From: Lama guanicoe | Taxonomy: Eukaryota | Direction of reading: 5' to 3' | NCBI GenBank assembly: GCA_013239625.1 | Contig: MU053559.1 | Location: 3,205,595-3,225,594 of the forward strand | DNA length: 20,000 nt | Shown: piece by piece, positions 11,025-20,000 of the stretch | Numbering within the stretch: the first letter of the stretch is position 1 | How the letters are laid out: each line of letters opens with the position of its first letter | Translations under genes and position numbers: made by a program | Notes under the pieces: generated by a model | Database searches by the model: none | What the model saw: only the letters and a program-made list of their open reading frames with translations | What the model was told of the DNA's origin: nothing

Positions 11025-11220
11025 TCTGGTGTAGTGGAGAGAGTAAGGGTTTCAGTCAGACAGATGGGTTCAGAACCTGGATTTACCATTTATTAGCTGT
11101 TTCATCTGGGCTAGGTTCTTAATTCCCTCATCTGTCAAGTAAGAATAGCAAACCTATCTTAGAGTTGCTGTGAGCACCAGATGGACAACGCACATCAGGT
11201 ACCTAGCTCATCATAGGTAG
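11025..11220 (+). mobile_element. MIR SINE
   Basis: ggtgtagtggagaga..agtcagacagatgggttcagaacctgg..ccatttattagctgt..cctcatctgtcaagt..agagttgctgtgag. Confidence 0.75.
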
Positions 11221-11924
11221 TCATGGAGAACGCTCCTCCTCTGCTTAAGACTTGGCTGATTTTCTTGCATGGGATAGGGAGGGCGGTGTTTGCTGGGAAA
11301 GTGAGGTATGAGCTGGGACTCTCCCAGACATCACCTGTGCTGCAGGATTCTTGTGTTTTTCTTTGGCACGAATTCTGCCATGTTCCAGAAGAATCAGTTT
11401 GAAGATGCTGCCATTGAGACCAGTGAGTTCTCAAAAGTAGCCATTGAGCTATCGATGCATTGCTCTTTCCAGTTGTTCCTCAGTGTTCCATTTATGCTGT
11501 AGGTATTAATGTAGTTTTTAAAAAGTCTTCTATTGTTTAAATAAGAGATTTTTGTCATGTCTCTTATGTTTTAGCAAATTCACTTAATGGGCTTTTAGGG
11601 GAAAGGTGATAAATAACTACATTTATTATTTTTTCAGTATTCTGAACTAATAGCAGTCAGTAATAGACTACTACAATTGTATTTACATTCCAATTACTCT
11701 GAACTCAAAAGATTTTACATCATTATCATTTAGGTTTTAGAAACTTCACGTAGGCCCTTTTATGTTTAAGCAAAATTTTATTTCCTTTGCACTATACCCT
11801 TTTGTTCCCCTCCTTTTTATCCTGAAATATGAAATCTGTTTTTGAGTATATTTCATTTTATGTCTGGCTCTACTTGTTGATTTTTTTCATCTACTATTTC
11901 AGGGCATTTAAAAAATTTTTAAGT

Positions 11925-12713
11925 TCTTTATCGAAGTATAGTTGATTTACAGTAGTGTATTAGTTCTAGGTGTATAACATAGTGATTCATTTTTTTGGAT
12001 TATATTCCATTTAAAGTTATTATAAAATAATGGCTATATTTCCCTGTGCTGTACAATCTATCATTGTTGCTTATTTATTTTATACATAGTAGTTTGTATC
12101 TCTGATCCCTTATCCCTCTTGCCCCTCCGCCTTCCCTATCCCTACTCTGAATCTGTGAGTCTGTGATATTCATTCATTTATTTTATTTTTTAGATTCCAC
12201 ATATAAGTAATAACATACAGGATTTTTCTCTGACTTATTTCACTAAGCATAATACCCTCTGGGTCCATCCATATTGTTGTAAACCACTGAATTTCATTTG
12301 TTTTTTTATGGCTGAGCGGTATTCCATTGTATATAGATACCACATCTTTATCCATTCATCTGTTGATGGACACTTGGATTGCTTCTATATTTTGGCTTTT
12401 GTAAATAATGCTAGTATGAACATTGGGGTGCATGTGTCTTTTAGAATTAGTGCTTTCATTCTTTTTAGATATATACCCAGGAGTGGAATTTCTGGATCAT
12501 GTGGTAGTTCTATTTTTAGCTTTTTGAGGAACCTCTGTACTGTTTTCCACAGTGGCTGCACCAGTTTACATTCCCACCAACAGTGCACAAGGGTTCCCTT
12601 TTCTCCACATCCTCACCCACATTTGTTATTTGTAGACTTTTTGATGACAGCCATTCTGACTGGCATGAGGTGACATCTCCTTTGTGGTTTTGGTTTGCAT
12701 TGCTCCAGTGATT
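11925..12713 (-). mobile_element. 5'-truncated LINE-1 (ORF2 C-terminus + 3' UTR), intermediate age, frameshifted
   Basis: ORF fragments 12170-12355, 12385-12588 ([17 protein letters not shown]..) and 12516-12725; 3' end tttatcgaagtatagttgatttaca. Confidence 0.92.
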
Positions 12714-13419
12714 ATCTGGACACATTTTTACATTTGTGTTTAAATGTCAAAAATAAAACTATTTTCAGTTCTGGTCTAGTCGGCTTTTACAATCAGCTTT
12801 ATTCATTGAAGCTTCCTTCGATTCTTACTGATAATGTAATAAGGATAGTATTATTCATGTGTGTTCCCAGCTTGCTTCTTTTCCCCACGCCCTGCCTGCT
12901 GAACAAAAATTTGTCTTTGCTCATTCCATTTTCCCCCTCCTTCATCCTCTAAGGACTCTACTGAATTTTTCAGTTGGATTCTCAGGCTTTTGGAGGTATA
13001 GGAAAGGGAGAAGGGCTGGACGGAGTTGGCGGGAAGGGAGAGAGGGAGAGAGATGTCACGGCCAGAGCTGATGGTGAGGAAATGTAAGGGTTGTAAGACT
13101 TGAAAAAGGGAGGAAAGGCATTTTTTGGGAAATGGAGATGTCGAGCATAAATTGGATCACCTTTAGAGTTTCTTCAGAGATCTAAGATGAGACGGACTTT
13201 TTAATTGCTGTTGGTTGCTCAGTCTTTTCTTTGAATATATTACCAAGCTGAGCCTGGTCCACATTGGCTTATTTGAGTTACATCTAAATGTTAACTCACT
13301 CGATATATTTTTGTTTATATTTAAATAAGTAAGAGAACCACCATTATCCTCTGTCACCAGTTGACCCAAGTCCTCTCTTGTTTCCCTCTGAAATGCCCTT
13401 TCCTCAGTCTCCTTTCCAA

Positions 13420-13900
13420 GGCCACTCTGCTCTCCTAATTCATATCTTTCACCCAGAGAGCAGCCTCTTCAGCGCCTTCCTTGCCTTCAATCTGATTCCC
13501 TTCCTCAACTGCCCACTCGGATACAGAGTTAACTTTATAAAATGTTTAGACTCCTTTGACCTAACTTTGCCTGGCTGGGGGACCACCTGTCTCATTTCGT
13601 CTGCTCCCCCTTCCCCACGCAGCCCCCAGCCACACAGAACGACTCACAGGGCCCACATCCTGTGCTCTTGTAACTCCGCACGTGCTGTTCCCTCTGCAGA
13701 GAATGCCCTTTCCCATGTGTCTGCCTGTGCAGTTCTTCCTTCATCTCAGCCTTGAAGACTCATTTTGACACGTCACCTCCGCTGTGATGCCTTCTTCTCG
13801 ATGCTCTCAGGTGGTTTGGCACTTCCCCCTCTACTGGAGCATTTTCAACCCCCTGTTAGAATAGCCCTGTTACTCTTTGTGTCCTTCACTGAGCAAGAAT
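13420..13900 (+). mobile_element. L2 3' region fragment
   Basis: gcacgtgctgttccctctgcagagaatgccctt..ttcatctcagcc..gtcacctcc..gatgccttc motifs typical of L2 3' ends. Confidence 0.65.
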
Positions 13901-13911
13901 GTGGTGGAGAT

Positions 13912-14174
13912 TTTGTGGCAGTTCAAGAGATTATGGTTAACCTGTGGCCTCTGAAGCCAGGCAGCATGACTTCTAATCCCAACTGTGTTAGTCTTTTACC
14001 TTGAGACCTTACCCAAATTATTTAACTTCCTAAACCTTGACTTCTGTTAAAAAAAAAAAAAAGGACCACAAGATTTCCTATTTTATAGATGTGTTGTGAG
14101 AAGTAGATGAGGTAGAATGTGAAAACACATTGCCTGACCCATTATAGCTACTTAATCAATGCTGGCTATTTTCA
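13912..14174 (+). mobile_element. Near full-length MIR, whose 3' tail is the insertion site of the young L1
   Basis: ggcctctgaagccaggcag..aatcccaact..gaccttacccaaattatttaacttc..gttgtgagaagtagatgag..tacttaatcaatgctggctatt. Confidence 0.7.
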
Positions 14175-14195
14175 TTTTTTTTAACATTTTTTATT
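14175..14195 (-). terminator. L1 polyadenylation signal and short poly(A) tail
   Basis: Minus strand tcAATAAAaaatgttAAAAAAAA. Confidence 0.85.
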
Positions 14196-14387
14196 GATTT
14201 GTAATCATTTTACAATGTTGTGTCAAATTCCAGTGTTCAGCACAATTTTTCAGTCATTCATGGACATATACTCACTCATTGTCACATTTTTTTCTCTGTG
14301 ATTTATCATAACATTTTGTGTATATTTCCCTGTGCTATACAGTGTAATGTTGTTCATCTATTCTACAATTTTGAAATCCCAGTCTAT

Positions 14388-14409
14388 CCCTTCCCACCCT
14401 CTACCCCCC
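14388..14409 (-). other. G-quadruplex consensus motif in the L1 3' UTR
   Basis: Minus strand GGGGGG-TAGA-GGG-T-GGG-AA-GGG. Confidence 0.8.
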
Positions 14410-14495
14410 TGGTAACCACAAGTCTGTATTCTCTGTCCATGAGTCTATTTCTGTCCTGTATTTATGCTTTGTTTTTGTTTGTTTGTTTTTGTTTT

Positions 14496-17400
14496 TTAGA
14501 TTCCACATATGAGCGATCTCATATGGTATTTTTCTTTCTCTTTCTGGCTTACTTCACTTAGAATGACATTCTCTAGGAGCATCCATGTTGCTGCAAATGG
14601 CATTATGTTGTCGGTTTTTATGGCTGAGTAGTATTCCATTGTATAAATATACCACCTCTTCTTTATCCAGTCACCTGTTGATGGACATTTAGGCTGTTTC
14701 CATGTTTTGGCTATTGTAAATAGTGCTGCTATGAACATTGGGGTGCAGGTGTCATCCTGAAGTAGATTTCCTTCTGGATACAAGCCCAGGAGTGGGATTC
14801 CTGGGTCATATGGTAAGTCTATTCCTAGTCTTTTGAGGAATCTCCACACTGTTTTCCATAGTGGCTGCACCAAACTGCATTCCCACCAGCAGTGTAGGAG
14901 GGTTCCCCTTTCTCCACAGCCTCTCCAGCATTTGTCATTTTTGGATTTTTGAATGACGGCCATTCTGACTGGTGTGAGGTGATACCTCATTGTAGTTTTG
15001 ATTTGCATTTCTCTGATAATTAGTGATATTGAACATTTTTTCATGTGCTTTTTGATCATTTGTATGTCTTCCTTGGAGAATTGCTTGTTTAGGTCTTCTG
15101 CCCATTTTTGGATTGGGTTGTTTATTTTTTTCTTATTGAGTCGTATGAGCTGCTTATATATTTTGGAGATCAAGCCTTTGTCGGTTTCACTTGCAAAAAT
15201 TTTCTCCCATTCCGTAGGTTTTCTTCTTGTTTTATTTCTGGTTTCCTTTGCTCTGCAGAAGCTTGTAAGTTTCATTAGGTCCCATTTGTTTATTCTTGCT
15301 TTTATTTCTTCTAGGAGAAAATTTTTGAAATGTATGTCAGATAATGTTTTGCCTATGTTTTCCTCTAGGAGGTTTATTGTATCTTGTCTTATGTTTAAGT
15401 CTTTAATCCATTTTGAGTTGATTTTTGTATATGGTGTAAGGGTGTGTTCTAGCTTCATTGTTTTACATGCTGCTGTCCAGTTTTCCCAACACCATTTGCT
15501 GAAGAGACTGTCTTTATTCCATTGTATATTCTTGCCTCCTTTGTCGAAGATGAGTTGACCAAAAGTTTGTGGGTTCATTTCTGGGCTCTCTATTCTGTTC
15601 CATTGGTCTATATGTCTGTTTTGGTACCAATACCATGCTGTCTTGATGACTGTAGCTCTATAGTATTGTCTGAAGTCTGGGAGAGTTATTCCTCCAGCCT
15701 CTTTCTTTCTCTTCAGTAATGCTTTAGCAATTCTAGGTCTTTGATGGTTCCATATAAATTTTATTATGATTTGTTCTAGTTCTGTGAAATATGTCCTGGG
15801 TAATTGGATAGGGATTGCATTAAATCTGTAGATTGCCTTGGGCAGTGTGACCATTTTAACAATATTGATTCTTCCAATCCAAGAGCATGGAATATCTTTC
15901 CATTTTTTAAAGTCTTCTTTAATTTCCTTCATCAATGGTTTATAGTTTTCTGTGTATAATTCTTTCGCCTCCTTGGTTAGATTTATTCCCAGATATTTTA
16001 TTACTTTGGGTGCTATTTTAAAGGGGATTGTTTCTTTACTTTCTTTTTCTGTTGATTTATCGTTAGTGTAAAGAAAGGCAACTGATTTTTGAACATTAAT
16101 TTTGTAACCTGCTACCTTGCTGAATTCTTCGATCAGCTCTAGTAGCTTTTTTGTGGACCTTTTAGGGTTTTCTATATATAGTAACATGTCGTCAGCATAT
16201 AATGACACTTTTACCTCTTCTTTTCCAATTTGGATCCCTTTTATTTCTTTCTCTTGCCTGATTGCTGTGGCTAGGACTTCCAGGACTATATTGAATAGGA
16301 GTGGTGATAGTGGGCATCCTTGTCTTGTCCCAGATTTTAGTGGGAAGCTTTTGAGTTTTTCACCGTTGAGAACTATGCTGGCTATAGGTTTGTCATATAT
16401 AGCTTTTATTATGTTGAGATATGTTCCCTCTATACCCACTTTGGCGAGAGTTTTTATCATAAATGGGTGTTGAATTTTATCAAATGCTTTTTCTGCATCG
16501 ATTGAGATGATCATGTGGTTTTTGTCCTTTCTCTTGTTGATGTGATGTATTACATTGATTGATTTGCGTATGTTGAACCAGCCTTGTGTCCCTGGGATGA
16601 ACCCCACTTGGTCATGATGTATAATCTTTTTTATGTGTTGTTGGATTCTATTTGCTAAAATTTTGGTGAGGATTTTGGCGTCTATGTTCATCAGTGATAT
16701 TGGCCTATAATTCTCTTTTTTTGTAGTGTCTTTGCCTGGTTTTGGTATCAGGGTGATGGTGGCTTCATAGAATGAGTTTGGGAGTATTCCCTCCTTTTCA
16801 ATCGTCTGGAAGAGTTTGAGAAGGACTGGTATGAGTTCTTCTTTGTATGTTTGGTAGAATTCCCCGGTGAAGCCATCCGGTCCTGGACTTTTATTTGTAG
16901 GGAGGTTTTTAATTGCTATTTCTATTTCCTTTCTAGTGATCGGATTGTTCAAGTGTTCAGTTTCTTCTTGATTCAGTTTTGGTGGACAGTATGTTTCCAG
17001 AAACTTGTCCATCTCCTCTAGGTTATCCAGTTTGGTTCCATATAGTTTTTCATAATATTCTCGTATGATATTCTGTATTTCTATTTTGTTTGTTGTAATT
17101 TCTCCATTTTCCTTTCTTATTTTGCTAATTTGTGCTCTCTCTTTTTTCTTCTTTGTGAGTTTGGCCAGAGGTTTGTCGATTTTATTTACTTTTTCAAAAA
17201 ACCAGCTTTTGGTTTGGTTGATTTTTTCTATGGTCTTGTTAATCTCTATTGTATTTAATTCCTCTCTGATCTTTATTATTTCCTTCCTTCTGCTGCTTTT
17301 TGGGGCTTTTTGTTCTTCTTTTTCTAATTGATTCAGGTGGTGGGTTAACTTGTTTATTTGAGATTGTTCTTCTTTTTTGAGGAAGGCCTGTATCGCTATA

Positions 17401-18293
17401 AACTTCCCTCTTAGCACTGCCTTTGCTGTGTCCCATAGGTTTTGAGTGGTTGTGCTTTCATTATCATTTGTCTCAAGGTATTTTTTAATTTCAGCTTTGA
17501 TTTCCTCATTGATCCATTGTTTTTTCAATAACATATTGTTTAATCTCCATGCTTTTCTTTTTTTCTCCTTTGTTTCTCTGTTGTTGATTTCCAGTTTCAT
17601 GGCATTGTGGTCAGTAAAGATGCTTGAGATAATTTCTATCTTCTTAAATTTGTTGAGGTTTCTTTTGTGTCCAAGTACATGATCGATCCTGGAAAATGTT
17701 CCATGTGCACTTGAAAAGAATGTATATTCTATTTTTTGGGGGTGTAATGCTCTGAAAATATCCACCAAATCTAGTTTTTCTATTGTAGTATTTAATTTCT
17801 CTGTTGCCTTGTTTATTTTCTGTCTGGAAGATCTGTCTAGTGATGTTAATGCAGTGTTAAAATCTCCAACTATGATTGTATTCCCATCAATATCCCCCTT
17901 TATCTCTGTTAGTAATTCTTGTATGTACTTAGGTGCTCCTATATTGGGTGCATATATATTAACGAGTGTAATATCTTCATCTTGTATCACTCCTTTAATC
18001 ATTATAAAATGTCCTTCTTTATCTTTCTTTATGGCCTTTGTTTTAAAGTCTATTTTGTCTGAAATCAGTACTGCAACACCTGCTTTTTTGGCTTTTCCAT
18101 TTGCATGGAATATCCTTTTCCATCCTTTCACTCTCAATCTATATGTGTCCTTCTCCCTAAAGTGGGTCTCTTGTATGCAGCATATTGAAGGTTCTTGCTT
18201 TATTATCCAGTCTGCCACTCTATGTCTTTTGACTGGAGCATTTAGTCCATTAACATTTACAGTAATTAATGATAGATGTGTGTTTATTGCCAT
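14496..18293 (-). CDS. LINE-1 ORF2p (APE endonuclease, reverse transcriptase, CCHC domain), 1265 aa
   Basis: EN motifs NVNGLN, IQETH, GDFNT, SRIDH, TDHNA; PIP-box-like [10 protein letters not shown] motifs [28 protein letters not shown]3CX7HX4C = [18 protein letters not shown]. Confidence 0.99.
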   Translation of the reverse strand: MAINTHLSLITVNVNGLNAPVKRHRVADWIIKQEPSICCIQETHFREKDTYRLRVKGWKRIFHANGKAKKAGVAVLISDKIDFKTKAIKKDKEGHFIMIKGVIQDEDITLVNIYAPNIGAPKYIQELLTEIKGDIDGNTIIVGDFNTALTSLDRSSRQKINKATEKLNTTIEKLDLVDIFRALHPQKIEYTFFSSAHGTFSRIDHVLGHKRNLNKFKKIEIISSIFTDHNAMKLEINNRETKEKKRKAWRLNNMLLKKQWINEEIKAEIKKYLETNDNESTTTQNLWDTAKAVLRGKFIAIQAFLKKEEQSQINKLTHHLNQLEKEEQKAPKSSRRKEIIKIREELNTIEINKTIEKINQTKSWFFEKVNKIDKPLAKLTKKKKERAQISKIRKENGEITTNKIEIQNIIREYYEKLYGTKLDNLEEMDKFLETYCPPKLNQEETEHLNNPITRKEIEIAIKNLPTNKSPGPDGFTGEFYQTYKEELIPVLLKLFQTIEKEGILPNSFYEATITLIPKPGKDTTKKENYRPISLMNIDAKILTKILANRIQQHIKKIIHHDQVGFIPGTQGWFNIRKSINVIHHINKRKDKNHMIISIDAEKAFDKIQHPFMIKTLAKVGIEGTYLNIIKAIYDKPIASIVLNGEKLKSFPLKSGTRQGCPLSPLLFNIVLEVLATAIRQEKEIKGIQIGKEEVKVSLYADDMLLYIENPKRSTKKLLELIEEFSKVAGYKINVQKSVAFLYTNDKSTEKESKETIPFKIAPKVIKYLGINLTKEAKELYTENYKPLMKEIKEDFKKWKDIPCSWIGRINIVKMVTLPKAIYRFNAIPIQLPRTYFTELEQIIIKFIWNHQRPRIAKALLKRKKEAGGITLPDFRQYYRATVIKTAWYWYQNRHIDQWNRIESPEMNPQTFGQLIFDKGGKNIQWNKDSLFSKWCWENWTAACKTMKLEHTLTPYTKINSKWIKDLNIRQDTINLLEENIGKTLSDIHFKNFLLEEIKARINKWDLMKLTSFCRAKETRNKTRRKPTEWEKIFASETDKGLISKIYKQLIRLNKKKINNPIQKWAEDLNKQFSKEDIQMIKKHMKKCSISLIIREMQIKTTMRYHLTPVRMAVIQKSKNDKCWRGCGERGTLLHCWWECSLVQPLWKTVWRFLKRLGIDLPYDPGIPLLGLYPEGNLLQDDTCTPMFIAALFTIAKTWKQPKCPSTGDWIKKRWYIYTMEYYSAIKTDNIMPFAATWMLLENVILSEVSQKEKEKYHMRSLICGI

Positions 18294-18690
18294 TTTGAAC
18301 TTATCTTTGCAGTTGAATTGGTATATCCTCTTTGTTCCTTTCTTCTTCCTTTTGTGGTTTGGTAATTTTCCTTTGTATTATCATGGATTTTATTTAATTT
18401 TTGTGACTCCCTTGTAAATTTTTGACTTGTGGTTACCCTTTTTTGTAAATCTATTAACCTATACCCGTTTTTAATAAACTGATAATAACATGATCTCAAA
18501 CCCATCCTACTGTTAAAAAAATTTAAAAAAGAAAGAAAAAAAATTCTATATTTCCCTGCCTCCCTCTCCCACTCTCAGTGATTTGTATGTCTTCTTTTAT
18601 AATTTCGTGTTTTCTTTATTTGTAATTCATGAGTTATCACCTTTCCAGTTGTACGTTTCTCATTTCTGTAGCATCCTGCTGCTTTTCTAT
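18294..18690 (-). other. Long (397 nt) L1 inter-ORF region
   Basis: Between the ORF1 stop (18693-18691) and the ORF2 ATG (18293-18291). Confidence 0.95.
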
Positions 18691-19593
18691 TTAGAATAGC
18701 CCTTTCAATATTTCTTTTAGCATGGGTTTAGTGTTGCTAAACTCCTGCAGCTTTTTTTTGTCTGTGAAACTCTTTATTTCTCCTTCTATCCTAAAGGATA
18801 GCCTTGCTGGATAAAGTATCCTAGGCTGCATCTTTTTTTCATTCAGGGCTTTGAATATATCTTGCCACTCCCTTCTGGCCTGTAGTGTTTGTGTAGAGAA
18901 ATCAGCTGAGAGCCTTATGGGGGTTCCCTTGTAGTTCACTCTTTGCTTTTCTCTTGCTGCCTTTAGAATCATTTCTTTATCCTTGACTCTGGCCATCTTG
19001 ATTATGATATGTCTTGGTGTGGGTCTATTTGGGTTCTTCCTGTTTGGGACCCTCTGAGCTTCCTGTACTTGGATATCTGATTCCTTCTTTAAGTTTGGGA
19101 AGTTTTCAGTCATGATTTCTTCAAAAACCTTTTCAATCCCCTTTGATCCTTCTTCCCCTTCTGGGACCCCTATTATGCGAAGATTGGGACGCTTTATATT
19201 ATCCCATAGGTCCCTTATGCTATTATCATTATTTTTTATTTGCTTATCTTGTAGTTCTTCTGAATGGGTGCTTTCTGTTGCCCTGTCTTCTAGATCACTA
19301 ATTCGTTCCTCTGCATTAACTAGTCGGCTTTGCACAGCTGTTAGATCATTCCTCATCTCTGTCAATGAGTTTTCCCATTTTGCTTGGCTCTTCTTTATAG
19401 CTTCAATTTCATTTTTGACATATTTTATTTCTCTAAGCACTATCTCTTTTAATTCCTTCAGCAATTTGATCACTCCTTTTTTGAAATCTTGATCTAGTAG
19501 GCTATCGATGTCTATTTCATTGAGCTTTCTTTCAGGGGATTCCTCTTGTTCTTTTAATTGGGAAAGGTTTCTCTGCTTCTTCATCTTGCTCAT
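18691..19593 (-). CDS. LINE-1 ORF1p (coiled coil, RRM, CTD), 300 aa; alternative start at Met4 (19584)
   Basis: Heptad coiled coil, NLRIIGVPE, RPTPRHIIIK, AREK, QARREW, YPARLS motifs. Confidence 0.98.
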   Translation of the reverse strand: MSKMKKQRNLSQLKEQEESPERKLNEIDIDSLLDQDFKKGVIKLLKELKEIVLREIKYVKNEIEAIKKSQAKWENSLTEMRNDLTAVQSRLVNAEERISDLEDRATESTHSEELQDKQIKNNDNSIRDLWDNIKRPNLRIIGVPEGEEGSKGIEKVFEEIMTENFPNLKKESDIQVQEAQRVPNRKNPNRPTPRHIIIKMARVKDKEMILKAAREKQRVNYKGTPIRLSADFSTQTLQARREWQDIFKALNEKKMQPRILYPARLSFRIEGEIKSFTDKKKLQEFSNTKPMLKEILKGLF

Positions 19594-20000
19594 ACCTCTC
19601 TGGCACTGTGGTTTATGGAGTATCAGTTGTGTATTTTGGATCTTAAGGATTTTATCTATCTAATGCCTATTTAGGAATTGAACTTAGGAAAAAAAAAGAA
19701 AAAAAGAAAAAAATAGATTTTTAAAAGAAGGGAGAAAGAGGGTTTGAAAACAGTGTATAATGAATAATAGAAGAGCGAGTTGAAGCAGAGTGTTAATCGG
19801 GTTGAGACGTCCTTTTAAAACTTTTTTTAAAAAAAAGGGGTGGGGAGATGAATAGATGTGTTTGAAACCTGTGTCTAATCAATAACAGGACATCAAAACC
19901 CAAGAGAAATAGAAATGAATTAAGAAGTAAAAATTAAGAGAGTAATTGAAAATAGAACAGGTAAAAACAGATTAAAAAAAAACAAAACAAAAACAAAAAA

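Larger units (their letters stand above)
14175..20000 (-). mobile_element. Young LINE-1 with both ORFs open (camelid-type); 5' UTR continues beyond the window; antisense to EFHC2
   Basis: Minus-strand order: U-rich 5' UTR portion (19594-20000), ORF1, 397-nt spacer, ORF2, ~310-nt 3' UTR, AATAAA (14195-14190), short A8 tail (14182-14175). Confidence 0.98.

Noticed and set aside
11895..12730. TSD around the truncated L1
   Set aside because: Flank similarity is too weak to call.
1417..14174. Further EFHC2 coding exons (DM10 domain)
   Set aside because: No DM10-like peptide with splice sites was recognised; the next exon probably lies beyond the window.
14998..19492. Several + strand ORFs (186, 118, 88, 202, 126 aa etc.) inside the L1
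   Set aside because: Antisense shadows of ORF1/ORF2; the T-rich strand is poor in stop codons and the products are F/L/S/I-rich with no recognisable domain.
19594..20000. Primate-type ORF0 or antisense promoter
   Set aside because: No such ORF is visible; this part is low-complexity A-rich sequence and the GC-rich promoter is outside the window.
1..20000. Prokaryotic systems (CRISPR, retron, group II intron, operons)
   Set aside because: The sequence is mammalian; the reverse transcriptase is clearly LINE-1 ORF2p and no repeat-spacer array is present.

Overview
Mammalian intronic DNA, most likely camelid because of a Vic-1/tRNA-Ala-type SINE head and the style of the L1. It lies inside the EFHC2 gene (X-linked in other mammals, + strand). 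One 189-nt coding exon (1228-1416) is present, followed by a long intron packed with old repeats: LTR16-like solo LTR, MER3 with a nested MER96B-like element, MIRs, L2, MLT1, several L1M fragments and two 5'-truncated L1s. From ~14175 to the window end lies a young antisense LINE-1 with uninterrupted ORF1 (300 aa) and ORF2 (1265 aa); its 5' UTR runs off the window. The most unusual part is this L1's 397-nt inter-ORF region. It contains a strong NAGNAG splice acceptor, a 73-codon ORF whose stop overlaps the ORF2 start region, and a 14-nt segment perfectly complementary to the element's own 3' UTR next to a G-quadruplex motif. A 46-bp tailless tRNA/SINE 5'-half insertion with a 7-bp target-site duplication sits inside an older L1. 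Repeat family names come from recalled consensus sequences and their boundaries are approximate.
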